Shown: one piece after another, positions 23,523 to 36,423 of the stretch | Layout of the letters: each line of letters opens with the position of its first letter | How positions within the stretch are numbered: position 1 is the stretch's first letter | DNA from: Calcarisporiella thermophila CBS 279.70 | Lineage: Eukaryota > Fungi > Calcarisporiellomycota | DNA length: 64,000 nucleotides | NCBI RefSeq assembly: GCF_041956535.1 | Contig: NW_027192197.1 | Coordinates: forward strand, 383,829-447,828 | Direction: 5' to 3' | The notes under the pieces: model-generated | Seen by the model: only the letters and a program-made list of their open reading frames with translations | What the model was told of the DNA's origin: nothing | The model's database searches: none | Program-made: the position numbers and the translations under genes

Positions 23523-25172
23523 ATGAAGCAAGGCCCGTTAACAGTACTCGAGTTTTACAGCGGAATAGGTGGTATGGTAAGAATTCATAGCATTAATTCA
23601 TTGGTTCATTTTAACTTATTTGCAATCCAAATATAAGCATTATGCCCTCCACCATACGAATATTCCTTACCGTATTCTCAAGGCATTCGACATAAATACC
23701 TTTGCAAATACAGTTTATGAGCATAATTTTGGAACGGGGATTGTGGTTCAAGTACTTTATATTTTTTTAAGTGTTACACTTTATATACTTTTAACCCATA
23801 AACTTTTTATATAGAGAAATATTGAAGCCTTGCCTTTGGAATATTTTGATCGCTTGAAAGCCAATTTGTGGACAATGTCACCTCCATGTCAGCCATATAC
23901 CCGCATTGGATTAGCAAAAGGATCAAAGGACACGAGGGCCAAAAGTTTTCTTAAATTGATGGATGTTTTACCCCAAATGCAATTCCCTCCCGAGTATTTA
24001 TTAGTCGAAAATGTCAAAGGCTTCGAAGTAACATAACTCACTAGAGATTCTCGTATGATTTTATGAAGCTAATATAGCCTGCGTTTATATCAAAGGAATC
24101 AGATAGCCGAGATTTACTAATTGAGACCTTGAGCAGATGTGGTTATGCATTCCAGGAATTCCTCTTATCACCTATACAATTTGGCATCCCCAACTCGAGA
24201 TTAAGATACTATTTACTAGTGAGCGTTGTTTTTAAAGCTTTTTCTGCGATAATATGGTGACTTTTTTTTCTCTCTAGGCTGTTCGTACTCCACGAAAATT
24301 TTCCAATCCACCTACCAACACCATTATCTCATATATTCCAGGTACCAAGTGTATAGTCGAAAATAAGAGTCAAGAGCAAAACGATAATTCTCTAGAAGAA
24401 TATGTCATATCAGAAACTAGCAATCAACTCCCAACGCTCAGGGAATATCTTGGCTTGCAAGTAAACCTAGAGAAGGGTGAGGAATACAGAGTTCCTGATA
24501 AGGTTGGTTATTGAGAAGTAATATGGCTACATTTATACTTATATTACACTTTTTACGGGTAGATTCTTCAAAAATATGGACTACTATTTGGTATGTGAGC
24601 TAATATCTCGTGTTATTCAATACAATATTCATTGCTCTTTTGATACTGTTAAAAAATTAGATATTGTAAAGCCATCTTCTAAACGAAGCTGCTGCTTTAC
24701 GAAAGGTTATCATCGTTTAGTTGAAGCAACAGGTGATAATATTTTTTACAGTTTCCTTTATTTTTCCTTACCACTAACCATCTTCGATTATTTTATATAT
24801 ATTTAGGATCAATTCTTCAGATGGAAGAAAATTTAGATGTAAGTGTGATTTTCCACACATCACACACAGGATATATTATTTAATAAATTAAAATATATTT
24901 AATACATTCCCTAATAGACTTATCAGTATGCGGTGGAAGGCAAGATGGATGTATTGCGGTTACGTTATTTCACACCGGAGGAGATCGCTTTACTTATGGG
25001 ATTTCCAATTAGAACTGATCAAGCCGCAAACCATTTGATAAACCATACCGATATATACTTTTCATTCCCACCCTCCATTTCTCTCCGCCAGCAGTATCGT
25101 CTACTTGGCAATTCTGTCAATACATATGTTGTATCGCAGCTCTTACGTTATCTATTAAGTAGTTCAGAATAG
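23523..25172 (+). CDS. DNMT2: tRNA(Asp) C38 cytosine-5 methyltransferase Dnmt2/Pmt1, multi-exon
   Basis: LEFYSGIGGM|HYAL, MSPPCQPYTR, LLVENVKGFE, QFGIPNSRLRYYL, Dnmt2-specific CFTKGY, LRYFTPEEIA and YRLLGNSVN. Confidence 0.95.
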
Positions 25173-25362
25173 ACCAATTTTCCAATTAAATAAAAACATT
25201 TAATATTGAAGCTGGATTTATTACATGCGAAAATAAATATGAAATTAATTATATGAAAGGAAAAAAAAAGCACATTAAATAACATGAGTATACGCGCTTA
25301 GGTGCGCTCTAAAATAGATTTAAAATATTTTTGATAATTTAGGCATCTATGGGTAACTGCAG

Positions 25363-27450
25363 TTAGTGAAGACTGACTTCCTTTGAAACTTGTGCTGCTG
25401 GCTCATTTTTTCGTGTCTTCGGGAGCTGGGGCTTTTTCAATAACAATAGTGATAGGAAGCCTACTCCCCATAGTATGACGCAGGTGCGGAAACACCATTG
25501 AATACCTGAGACATACTCTGAAATAACATGATTGCGCAGCTCCGGTGCCAATTTTTGGATTTCTTCCATATTATTTTTGACTACCTCAATAGGAATGGGT
25601 AGATCAGTTAGACCGGAAGCAAGTTGGTTGTTAATGATGGTGCCGCCTAGCGCAATTCCGATTGCCATACCGACTAATATGCCATTTAAGTGGTTAATAT
25701 CTGAATAGATCAAATCAAAGTATTTGGGATAATAATTACCTGTTCTAAAGAAGAGTGTCACGCTTGTAGACACAGCAATATCCTTAGGAGGTACTGAGAC
25801 TTGCGATACCAGTAAAAGATTCTGGATATTCAAACCAAGCCCGAAAGAGGGTATAATCGTATATCCAATCTGTCTAGCCCGGCTACTGTATTGGTCTAGA
25901 GTCGATAATATACCTGCTCCCACTACCATCGCAACAAAACCAACCCAAATAAAGATACGTAGACTCCCAGTTTTCGAGACGAGAATGCCTCCAGTAATGC
26001 TAAAAGCCACCAGAACGACTGTAGACGGGATAAGCTGAGCACCACTAGTTGTGGCATCTTCTGAAAGAACGACTTGAAAATATACCGGCATCTAGAATTT
26101 ATATCAAAAGAGTTAGTTCAGTTTCAGGATATATCCAAGATGCGCCATAAGCAAGGGGCTTACGTAGAAAAGATAAAGGAAAAAGCCTATGCCAAAAAGC
26201 AGCGAGGCAAACGTAATTATAGAGAAGTTGCGGATACGAAAGAGTCGCAGAGGGATAACAGGATCGAGAGCTAACTTGGCCTCTACAGGTAGGAATGCCA
26301 AAAGAGCCACAAATCCCACTACGAATAGCACAATGATGGTTGGTGAGTTCCATGCAAGCTGATTGCCGCCGAGACTGATTGCTAAGAGTATAAGAATGAC
26401 GGCCGCACCAAGAGTAAAACTGCCGAGATAGTCAATGCGCTTAATCTTTGACTTGAAATCACCCTTCACAGGGGGAAGGCGAAGCACGAAAATGATCATC
26501 AATATCGCAACTGCACCAATAGGCAAGTTCACGTAGAAAGCCCAACGCCAAGTTGCTCTATCCACAAATACACCACCAAGGAAAGGGCCAATGACACTAG
26601 CAATTGCCCAAGCGGCTCCTATCAAACCCTGATATTTTCCGCGATCTCTTGGAGAGGTTATGTCTATACAGAGAAATGATCTAAGATTATGCGCAAAAAA
26701 TTGTATCCAAGAATAGCTCGCTTTTTACCTGCCATTATTATCATCGCAAGAGAAATCACTCCTCCTCCTCCAATTCCTTGGACAGCTCGAAAAACAATTA
26801 GCATTACCATGCTATTGGAAGCACCGCATACAGCTGAAGCGCCCAAGAATACTAGAATTGCGAAAAGAAAAGTTGGACGTCGACCAAAGATATCTAAGAA
26901 AAAAACAGCGCAATTGATGAATAAACATAGAATATTCACTAAAGTTAAAAGATAAATACCGGAAAATCGTCCATATAGAGGTTGAAATATTGTCATAGTA
27001 ATTTGATACGATGTTCCCACCCATGATATAAGACTAAGTGCGTTAAATCTGTGTACAAGGAACGATTAGCTACAAAATATCAGGAGGGAAGGAAAAAAAG
27101 ATCTTACTCTGAAGCAAGTTTTGGTAAGGCAGTGCTAACGATTGTCTGGTCAAGAGCACACAATAGAACAGAAAGGCATAGTCTAATAAATCAGATTTAG
27201 TTTTCAACAGTCGAAATATGGCCTTGATGATTTTGCATCTTTACCCTATACAGATCAAGATAACGTTTTTAAAGGGTAAAACTGCCGATTGACCGCCCAT
27301 GTCAGTTGGTGCGTTCTCTGTCGTGCCCTTCTCCAAATCGTCTCTCTCTTGCAATTCAAGAGTTTGATCTTCGGAAGGAACTTCCCTCATTGCAGAATTA
27401 CCCTGCTGCTCGATATTTTTGGGTGGTGTTGCTAAGGTTGATTCCGACAT
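25363..27450 (-). CDS. MFS drug:H+ antiporter (DHA2, 14-TM type), multi-exon
   Basis: LCALDQTIVSTALP, QPLYGRFS|DIFGRR, FRAVQGIGGGG, GPFLGGVFVDRATWRWAFYVNLPIG, IDYLG, PVIPLRLF. Confidence 0.92.
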
Positions 27451-28319
27451 GACGCTCTGTTATGAACCTTAATGAGCCTCTAAGACAAGATGGACCTTAG
27501 GGATAAAATGTCAAACCAAAACCATCCTTTTATATTGTAGCCGGGGCGGAACGAATTCAACCGCAATCCTGGATAAATTAATATACTATTTTGGCTAATA
27601 AGGGAAATCTGATTAATCAATGGTGACCCGCAGTATTCGATTTCCTTATATATACCCCAATTTGAAGGTAAGACGCAATACTCTGGACTGCGTCAGTGGA
27701 AGAACGTTGATCCAACGGCTCACCGGATAAATACCAGAATCTTCACCCCTCCATCAGCCCAAAAAAGCCGATTCCGACCGCTAGCTGTTGTACACAAGCC
27801 AGGATTGCCTTCGCCATGCTCGTTAAGCTCCCTTAATTATACTCTTTGAGTCACTTAGAATTGGTAATCTGAGAATGAATGGCTCTTGGCTCTGGAGTGC
27901 TATAGTTGTGGAACTATCACTCCTAATACTGGCATGTTACTCATCGCTTCTTTGCGTCGACAATCGTCAGAGAAACGGCTAAGAACTCGATGATTAAAGC
28001 TAGCTGATAGGCTCTACAAAACAAAAAATATATTTGTAGGATTATATGAGCATCATATCTGGATTACAAAATTTGTTCAACACAACAACACACTTAATTT
28101 CTTTCTTACAATATCACCAATATTCGGTCTTTAAATGTTGACGTTGATATACCATTTCCAAAAATTGATTATATGGATAAAATCTGCAGCAATCTGAAAC
28201 TATAACTGCGCCATACAAAGTTCATTCACATGTGTCGTTAATATTTCGTGTTCAAGTGAAATTATACTCGTAAAGACATTATATTATACTAAAAAAATCT
28301 TGAACATTACTTTAATGTG

Positions 28320-31300
28320 ATGGCCTCTCTAACTGTTGATAATTCGGTCTATACCCGATGGTGCCATTTGATGCTAGGGTTCATTACGGATGGTAACCCA
28401 ACGGGAATCAGTCGCCTTTCTGTCTTATTACATCAGCTGGAACTCTGCGGAACAACTGAGCTCCATGGTATAATCCTATTTTTACCGAGGCTTTCATAAG
28501 CAGAGTTAATTGATATTTTTACAGGCAGAAAATGCACTGGCATAGTCTATATCACGGATCCTTTTCGCGATCAAAATTTGCCTAATCTCTTCAACAAAAT
28601 CGATCGTGGCAAATTTGATCTAAAGAATATTTCTCGATGCCTGCATACCGACTCGTGGAGCCCTTTGTTAAAAAAGGGGACTACGTAATTCTCTGCTTGA
28701 ATTTTATTTTATCAATTTTAGTTATAATACATATTTTTTATTATCACCAATAGTTTAGATTCAACTGCATCATCTACTTTGGAATCTCTCTGCCTGCTTA
28801 CTCTTTATATTCCAAGATTTTTAGATGGGTTGCAGAAAACAGAGGATGATTCATTGTTGCAAGACATATTAAGTAAGGTGAGCTCGCTTGAATTTTCAGA
28901 ATAATTTAAATAAGATTTCGTATCCATTGATTGTGTTAATAGAAACTGCCTAAGAAACCTTCAAAAGTATTTAATGTGGCGCTATGGCAAGAGGCATTTA
29001 AGGAGCGAAATTTACGACTGTATAACGTTCAGGATATGATAGATCCCACTCGGTGAATACAACATATAAAATTGAAGAGCCATGCTGTTATCTAACTAGC
29101 TTGTGGCATTGCTTATACTGTGATAGTCCTGCACCCTTGAATTTGTTTTTAAATGAGGCATTAGAGAGAATCCGGCTAGCAAATATAGATCTATTAGGCC
29201 GTATCCAAGGGTTAATTAAATATTCTAATTCTACTAGGAATAGGTTTCATTGCTAAAAATTATCTTTCGATAGAAGGAAAGAAACTGCGTCAACAATTAG
29301 TGAGGAAAACTCTAAACAAATGGCAAGAATCCTTTCTACTAGTTTTTACACAATCCTCGAGTTTTCCAATTGGAGTTTACCCATGGTTAGTTAAACGAGC
29401 TCGATTCTATTCTCTACTACGGGTAACTGATTCCTGTCATATCGCAGATTCTTGAAAATATTGTGCTCTTTTCAACATTTGCCGACAAACTTCCAACCTC
29501 CTGGTTTACTCCGGAATTTTTGGATGCAACTATTCAAATTGTTAAAAGATTGGATACTTCAACTCATATATCTTTGGAACAAACTCGGGCTTTGACCACT
29601 GTTTTCAGTTTATGGAGTGCCTGGCTTCGGCGCTTAGGTTAATACTCTTTATGTAATGGTGAATTCTTTGTCATTAACCATTTTACTTTAGGTCAAATGA
29701 AACCAAATGATTATGTGACCACTATAATTGACTGCATGAATTCGCAATTGACCTCTGAGAATATGCATCCTGATATGACACAACCAATACTAACTGGGTT
29801 AGCTTTTGCGACAGGTATACTAATATCTGGGCAATATTTTTAATCAATAGTTTATCTTAATTAATGCTTAACAATTTTTAATTAGGCAAATTCGGAGACG
29901 ATCACGATGTTAAGCTCGGTAAATCTCTCTACCAAGCTTTGGAGATTATTAGAACCGACGTAACATGGTTTATGTATTATCAAACTATATCCCACTTAAT
30001 ATTGAAAACACCCAATGTTAATTAATTTCTTTAATAGTGGAGAGCGCGCTGATATTTTATTTGCCAGTATAGCGCATTTCTTTTTATTTTCCAAGTCCAC
30101 CGAAACTTTGCGTATATTAACCCAACAATTGCTTGATATTGCATCTGATACTCTAATTAACTTGGATGCTGCCATGCAATTACTGAGACTATTCCAATTT
30201 GTTTGGGCGGATAAAAAACGCCGTTCGATGAAGCAAAAATTTTCAGAGAAGGCTCTTTTGGAGTGGCGCACAGGGATATTGGATGGAATTGATATGGCTA
30301 GAAAGACTGGGTGCGGATTGACATGTGTATTGGCGTCTGGAGGTGTTTTGTAAGGGTTTTCTTATTTATATTTATCATGTTCAATTAATTTTATTGCTGT
30401 TCTATTGGTTGTTATAGGAGAGCATCCATAGACGAGATTAAAAACTTACAAAGTAGGTGGTTGAAATCGCCTAAGAAGTACCCGATTCATGAGCGTGCTA
30501 TGAATCTATTTCTTGAAACCCTGCGCGATTTTAATGGCTCTCAAAAATACGATATTGAATATATGGGAATACCAGCCTTATCTTTTGCTTGTGCACGGTG
30601 CTTACCAGATCTACCTCGGGACAAGCTGAAATGGAATGAATTAGAAGTATATTAATATTTTCTATTGGACGTAAAGATTGGAGGCTAGAATATTTCTCTT
30701 TCATTTTATAGCATACTCGAGATTTATTATTGGCATATTTGCTCAGAAGTGATTTGGCTCTGGAATGTGCAAGTCTTTTGGCAGATATTAATGAAGAAAT
30801 CCCGGCATTACCCCCTAAGTCACTAGACGCTCTAGAATTGTTGGTATGTCAAAATGGCTTCTATTTTTTAATTTATTTAGGGATCTGATCACCTTTAATT
30901 AAATATTTATAATTTAGCCCAATACTTCAAGAATTTATTTCAGCCTTCAGAAGAGAATGAATACTCCACTATATAGAGAAGTTGGCCGTGTTTCTAGATC
31001 ACTTGCACTCCTGTTGGAAGCACAAATGAGCAACAGTGAACATCCTGAAACAGCAGAAAAGGTTTTAGAAGTTTTGAAGCTGTAAGTCTCAAAGAATTCA
31101 TAGAAACGCAATTCAAATTTTAATTAATTTTAATCACATGTTTTAGAATGCACGCATTCACTGAAAACCTTGTGGTAGATTGGGATCGTTGCATTATTAG
31201 CGATTCTCTCCAAAGTAAAATAATATTAATATTTATAAATACCATTTTTTCAACGTTTTTCGTAGATTTTGTAGAGGAAATACCAAAATTGAAAACTAAG

Positions 31301-32692
31301 CAAGGGAAATCGCAACTAAACCTTTTCAACTTCGAAAATATATTATCCGCACCGAGCATGCTATGGCGACATCTAAAAGTTGTCCTATTTTCATATACTA
31401 TGGTGTTTCAATCGATAATGCTCGAATCAACTCCCCCAATATCTGGAGAATTAGATGCAGCGATAGGTAATCATTGGTTTTTTAACTTCAATTTTTCATT
31501 TCGATTTACTCCCCTTTTGCTTTTTTAAAATAGCTGCAACCATACTCCAATGCTTCGCGTCACTCAATTTTATTATTCGACGTGTTGGACCTGGTTTTAC
31601 AGCATATGAGCGAATTCTCGACAACTCGCTGCATAGAATAGCTACCATTGATGGGCGTAAGCGTGCAAACCTTTTAATACATCAAGAAGTATCCGAATGG
31701 ATGCGTGGTGGAGCAAACAACGTGATAATTGCACCTGATAACAACAATAGCGGTATTAGTGTCGGAAATTGGGGCCAGCGTAGTAAATTGCTTTTTTGGA
31801 TGGATGCAATAGAGCGCCTTATGCCTGTACTGGAAGATGAAATATTGGAGGAAGATGTTATACCACTAGTTTTTCCGTGAGTAATCTAGGCTTATTCAGA
31901 TGATGCACTCCAGAGTAAACTAACGCCATGTATTTGAAGGTATCTGAGGAATATAGGAGACAAAGATCTGTATGAGTCTGCTCATTCGGTAGTACTGGCC
32001 TTACTTTCGAACCAAAAACGCATTTCAAAACAGGTGTCCATTGACTATGCTGACATATTATTGAGCGTAAATAGATTTCCTGCTTCTATCTAATTTGACT
32101 TGACATGATGTATCTTGATTTGTAGGAATATCCTTCTCACCTTACGGCCGATCAACTTCGTGTCGCTTATACCTCACTTATTCAATCTCTCTCATTAGTT
32201 GATGATGCAGTTACTTGGCTCCTAATTGACAAGTTGATCAAGTGCATCGAAGAGATGCCGGCTGACCCAGTGCTCACAGCTGAACGTCGCAGAAAAAATT
32301 TAAAAATTCCCATTTTGAATGTGAATGTCTCTACCGAAAAAACACCCGCAGCAGCAACAGCGGCGATGCTTCTCGCGGGATGGAAAGGCGACTCAGAAAA
32401 GGACCCAATTACTTTCCTTCTCTCTCGCAATCGTCTCATTGTAACGTTAATGGACCAGCTGCGGTCGGTGACCAATCTGAGTCTATATGGACATCTACTC
32501 AAAACAATAAGGCGGCTAGTTCTGCAGGAGTCGAGCCCGTACACACGCCACGTTTTACTAAAATCTCTGTTAAATATAATCGGTGGAGATGGAATGGGGT
32601 CAAGTTTGGGGCTTGATGAGACGAAGCGACCTACGGCAGTTCGATGGTATTTGGATTTGAAACAGGAGGTAGAGTCAATGCAATCCTCATAA
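28320..32692 (+). CDS. Large helical protein (~17 introns) with Pex8-like C-terminal region
   Basis: Frame followed by hand across GT-AG introns from ATG 28320 to ~30350; downstream exons placed from splice motifs and the ORF track. C-terminal LYESAHSVVLALL..YPSHLTADQLRVAYTSL and AVRWYLDL resemble fungal Pex8-type peroxins. Confidence 0.6.
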
Positions 32693-32808
32693 TGGCTATA
32701 ATACTTTTAAATTTGGCCTTTAACACTTGACTTTAATATATTTATAACAATATGCTGCGTTGTTTATTCCAGCTTGTAAAAAGAAAATAAACAGCTCTAA
32801 CCAGTTTT

Positions 32809-34097
32809 CTATTCAATATTTGCCAATGCTTTCCTTAATTCATTTAACAGTATATCATTTTCTTCCACAGTCCCAACTGTAATTCGTAGACAAGCCTCGC
32901 ATCCAGGATCATTGCCCCTGAATCGCACTACTACTCCACGTGTTTCAGCCAACGAACGGTAGATACCCTCTGCCCGCTTGTTAGATGGTCTTCCACTTTT
33001 GTCCAATATTTGAACCAACAGAAAATTGGCATCATTGGCCCCAAGAATACGACCGATTCCTTCGGGACGCTTATTAGGATCACCCAATTCTCGTAGAAGT
33101 CTATCGCGCTGCTCATGGATCAAAGCACGATTCGAAAGCATAGTTTGAATTCCTGTGGGAGAAAGTGCCTCATTTGCAATGCGAGAGCTTGGATTTCCAA
33201 TATTATAGGGTGCTTTGGTGTTATTCATAATCTGTATGATATCTGGATTTGCTATTGCCACGCCCAAACTGTAGAGAAGGGATAAAGAAATAAAGAATTC
33301 ACTCCATGGAGGCCAAGATAGTCTATCCTTACCGAATCCCCGCCAAACCGAAGCTTTTACTTAATGTCTGCATAACCAGCAGATTGGGGTATTCATGGAC
33401 CCACGAAGCTACACTTCCCCTTGTTTCATCTGTGACGAAGTCCACGTAGGCTTCATCAACAACTACAATACCACGGTAGTGGGGATTTTCAAGTACAGCG
33501 CGAATAGATTCATGCGTAAGGCTTGTCCCAGTAGGATTTCCAGGCGAGCAAAGGAAGATGATTTTGATATCTGGATTATTTCGGATTGCCTCATCGATCT
33601 AAAAGAAAAGTGTTTGTAAAATCTGGAATCTTCTCCCAAAATGGGGACGCAATCATTACATCATTTAAACGCAGCTGAAATTTTCCCTCCTCAACATCAA
33701 GCATAACTTTAACAACTTCTACGTCATTAATTTGAGCCTGCACGCTATACATCCCGTATGTTGGTGGGGTAATTAAGATCTTATCTTTGCCAGGGATACA
33801 AAAGATTCGCATAACCAAATCGATTACTTCGTCCGATCCTACACCTACAAATATCTGCTTGATGGTGCGTAGATTGCGCAGTGATACTAGCTTCTCTTTA
33901 ATGTCAACCTGGTATGGATCTGGATATCTGTGGTCGCCATAGCCTGCGGGATCGATGGTTGCGGCAGGGCCAAAGGCATTTTCGTTGGCATCCAAAAGAA
34001 TTCCAGACGTATAATCATCTCTAGCACAGCGGTAGGGCTTGAGCACAAGAATGTTGGGACGGACTATGGAGTTAAGGTCGAAATTCTTTCTTGTCAT
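32809..34097 (-). CDS. HIS5: Histidinol-phosphate aminotransferase
   Basis: PYRCARDDY..LLDANENAFG, RYPDP, GVGSDEVID, PPTYGMY, SPGNPTG, VVDEAYVDF, TLSKSFGLAGIR, KAPYNI, LRITVGT. Confidence 0.96.
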
Positions 34098-34377
34098 AGT
34101 TGTTGTGTTGTTTATCAGGTTTAAAGTTTACAAGATATCAGGAATGAAATTTAAAATTCGATCACAAATGTCATAATGACAAAAAATTTCTCTACCAAAT
34201 TTATTATTAGTGATAATTGAAACTCGAAAAATTTTTCATCCCATTATAATGAACAGAAAACAAAATGGAAATTGTAAGAATATAAGTACTGAAAATCAAG
34301 AAAATATGAAGAACTAGCAAATGATGGAAAGAAATTATTTCACTCTCAAGAACATATTTTTAGATCGATTATTCAAC

Positions 34378-36101
34378 TTAGCGTCTGAGACTTCTGTTAG
34401 CTCCCAGCTGCTCGAGCTCGGCCTCTAGTCGTTTAATTTGAGCATGTTGCTGCTCCAAATCTTTGTTCAAACGGTCTCTTTCCGTGATAAGCTAATGAAG
34501 GAGAGAAAGTCAAAATATAATAGGAAATAGGCCTAATTTCATAGAAACAACTTACCTGTTGCTCCCATTGACGGAATCGAGACTCCTCCAGTTTCACTTG
34601 TTCGGTAAAGCGGCGGCGTAACGCTTCTTCCTCCTCCCGGAACTTCGGATTGTCAAAGCGACGAACCTTAGGGTCACCAAACTTGCGGGTCTCCATTTGC
34701 TGCTGACGATAGTTTTCATAGTGGATCTCTTCCGTCGTATGGATTAAGTCAAGCATATGCGTGCGAATCAAAAGGGAGCGAAGCTTCTTGAAATCGCAGT
34801 GATCATCATTTTCAACTAGCAATAATCAATAATCCAATTTAAACAAATATAATCCACTATTTCAAGCAAATAAATTCAAAGATTGTCTTTACCCTCAGCG
34901 ACTCCCCAAGCATATTGCCTTCCTTTCACATTTCGTCCATCAGGAGTGACAACATCTTGGTCTGAGCCAATAATAGCAAATGGGGCGGCGGCCATTATCT
35001 CCTGGTTGCGAATAGTAGTCGATTCATCCTCAGACTCTATGGGGCAGCTATAAACACGGATGTCTTGAGCCGCAATTACATCACGAATCTAGGTAGTAGC
35101 ATAGTTTAGTATTGATCGTAGAAGGTGATATCATGTTAAGTAAATTGATCTCTACTTACCCTGCGCTTGAAGCGCTCCAGATCGGGACGAGTGAGAGTAT
35201 CAGCTTTAGCAATGACAGGAATCAAATTAACGCGGGAGCCAAGTCGTTTCATGACTTCAATATCCAGAGGTTTGAGGCTAAAAGCAATACCGGTTGTAGT
35301 TATTTTGCAATTGTAACTAACGTTAATTCTCCAATCAAACCTATGGCCTGTGGGTCTAATGAAATAAAGACTATGTATCGAGAAAGAGGAGTATTATTAC
35401 TTAAGAATTAAGATAAACAGCACATATATATATTACCAAGCGTGCACTCGCAAATCAGTGAGCTCACGGCGCACCGGCTGTTGTTCTTGCCGCATATAAT
35501 TCTCATGCTGATCATCAATGAAGTCCACAATTGGCACCCAGGAATCCTTACTGTTAACATAGTCGCCGAAGCCGGGGGTATCGATAACAGTTAGTTTTAC
35601 CCGAAACATCTTTTCTTCGAGTTCTATCATCTAAAGAGTTATTTCGGTTAAAGTGAGAGCAGAGATGAGCAGAAATTTACCCGCACGTGTGATATCAATC
35701 TCAACAGTTCGATCAAGCTGCTTCTGATGACGTTTTTTTGCCTCCTTATAATCCTTAATGGTGGTGGTAAAAAGTGTATTGATGAAAGTTGTTTTTCCAA
35801 GTCCAGACTCTCCTAAACAGTTTAAAAAATTTGGTTAGCAAAGTGAATATAACGCTAAACAGTGTACAAATTTAGAGCAAAGAACGAAGACAGAGTAGTC
35901 ATCCTCTCATTTTTTGAATACTGAAAGCTTCATCTTAAGAAACTCGGGATTGACCTTCCTTTTAACTAAGAAATGGGAAGATATATACTCACCGCACACC
36001 ATGATGGTAAAATTAGCACCCCGCTTTGCAACAATTTTATGACGCTGATTAGGGAGATTGGCAATACCAATATCCTGCGAGGGAGCTTGAACGGGAGCCA
36101 T
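34378..36101 (-). CDS. CDC12: Septin Cdc12/AspC
   Basis: [73 protein letters not shown]-terminal coiled coil. Confidence 0.93.
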
Positions 36102-36423
36102 TATCACTCTAATTATGTATATAAAAAAATTGAGATGAAAAGGAGAAGAAAAAATGAAAGATGATGGTAAATACGATTTCTTATTTGAGCAATATAAAAG
36201 GACGCGACAGCAAGGAAAAAAAGGGGGTGAAACAGGTTTTGATCGAGAGAAAGCCACTACATCAACGGCATATCTTAAACTAGCTGAAACTCAATTTTAT
36301 AAAAATTATGAAAAAGGCAATATAAAATGTTAAATGGTACATACAGGGTAAGATATATTTATATGTTCAATGGAAATTGTGCTAGAATAACCTAAGGAAA
36401 AAGTACAAATACTATATAAGTCA

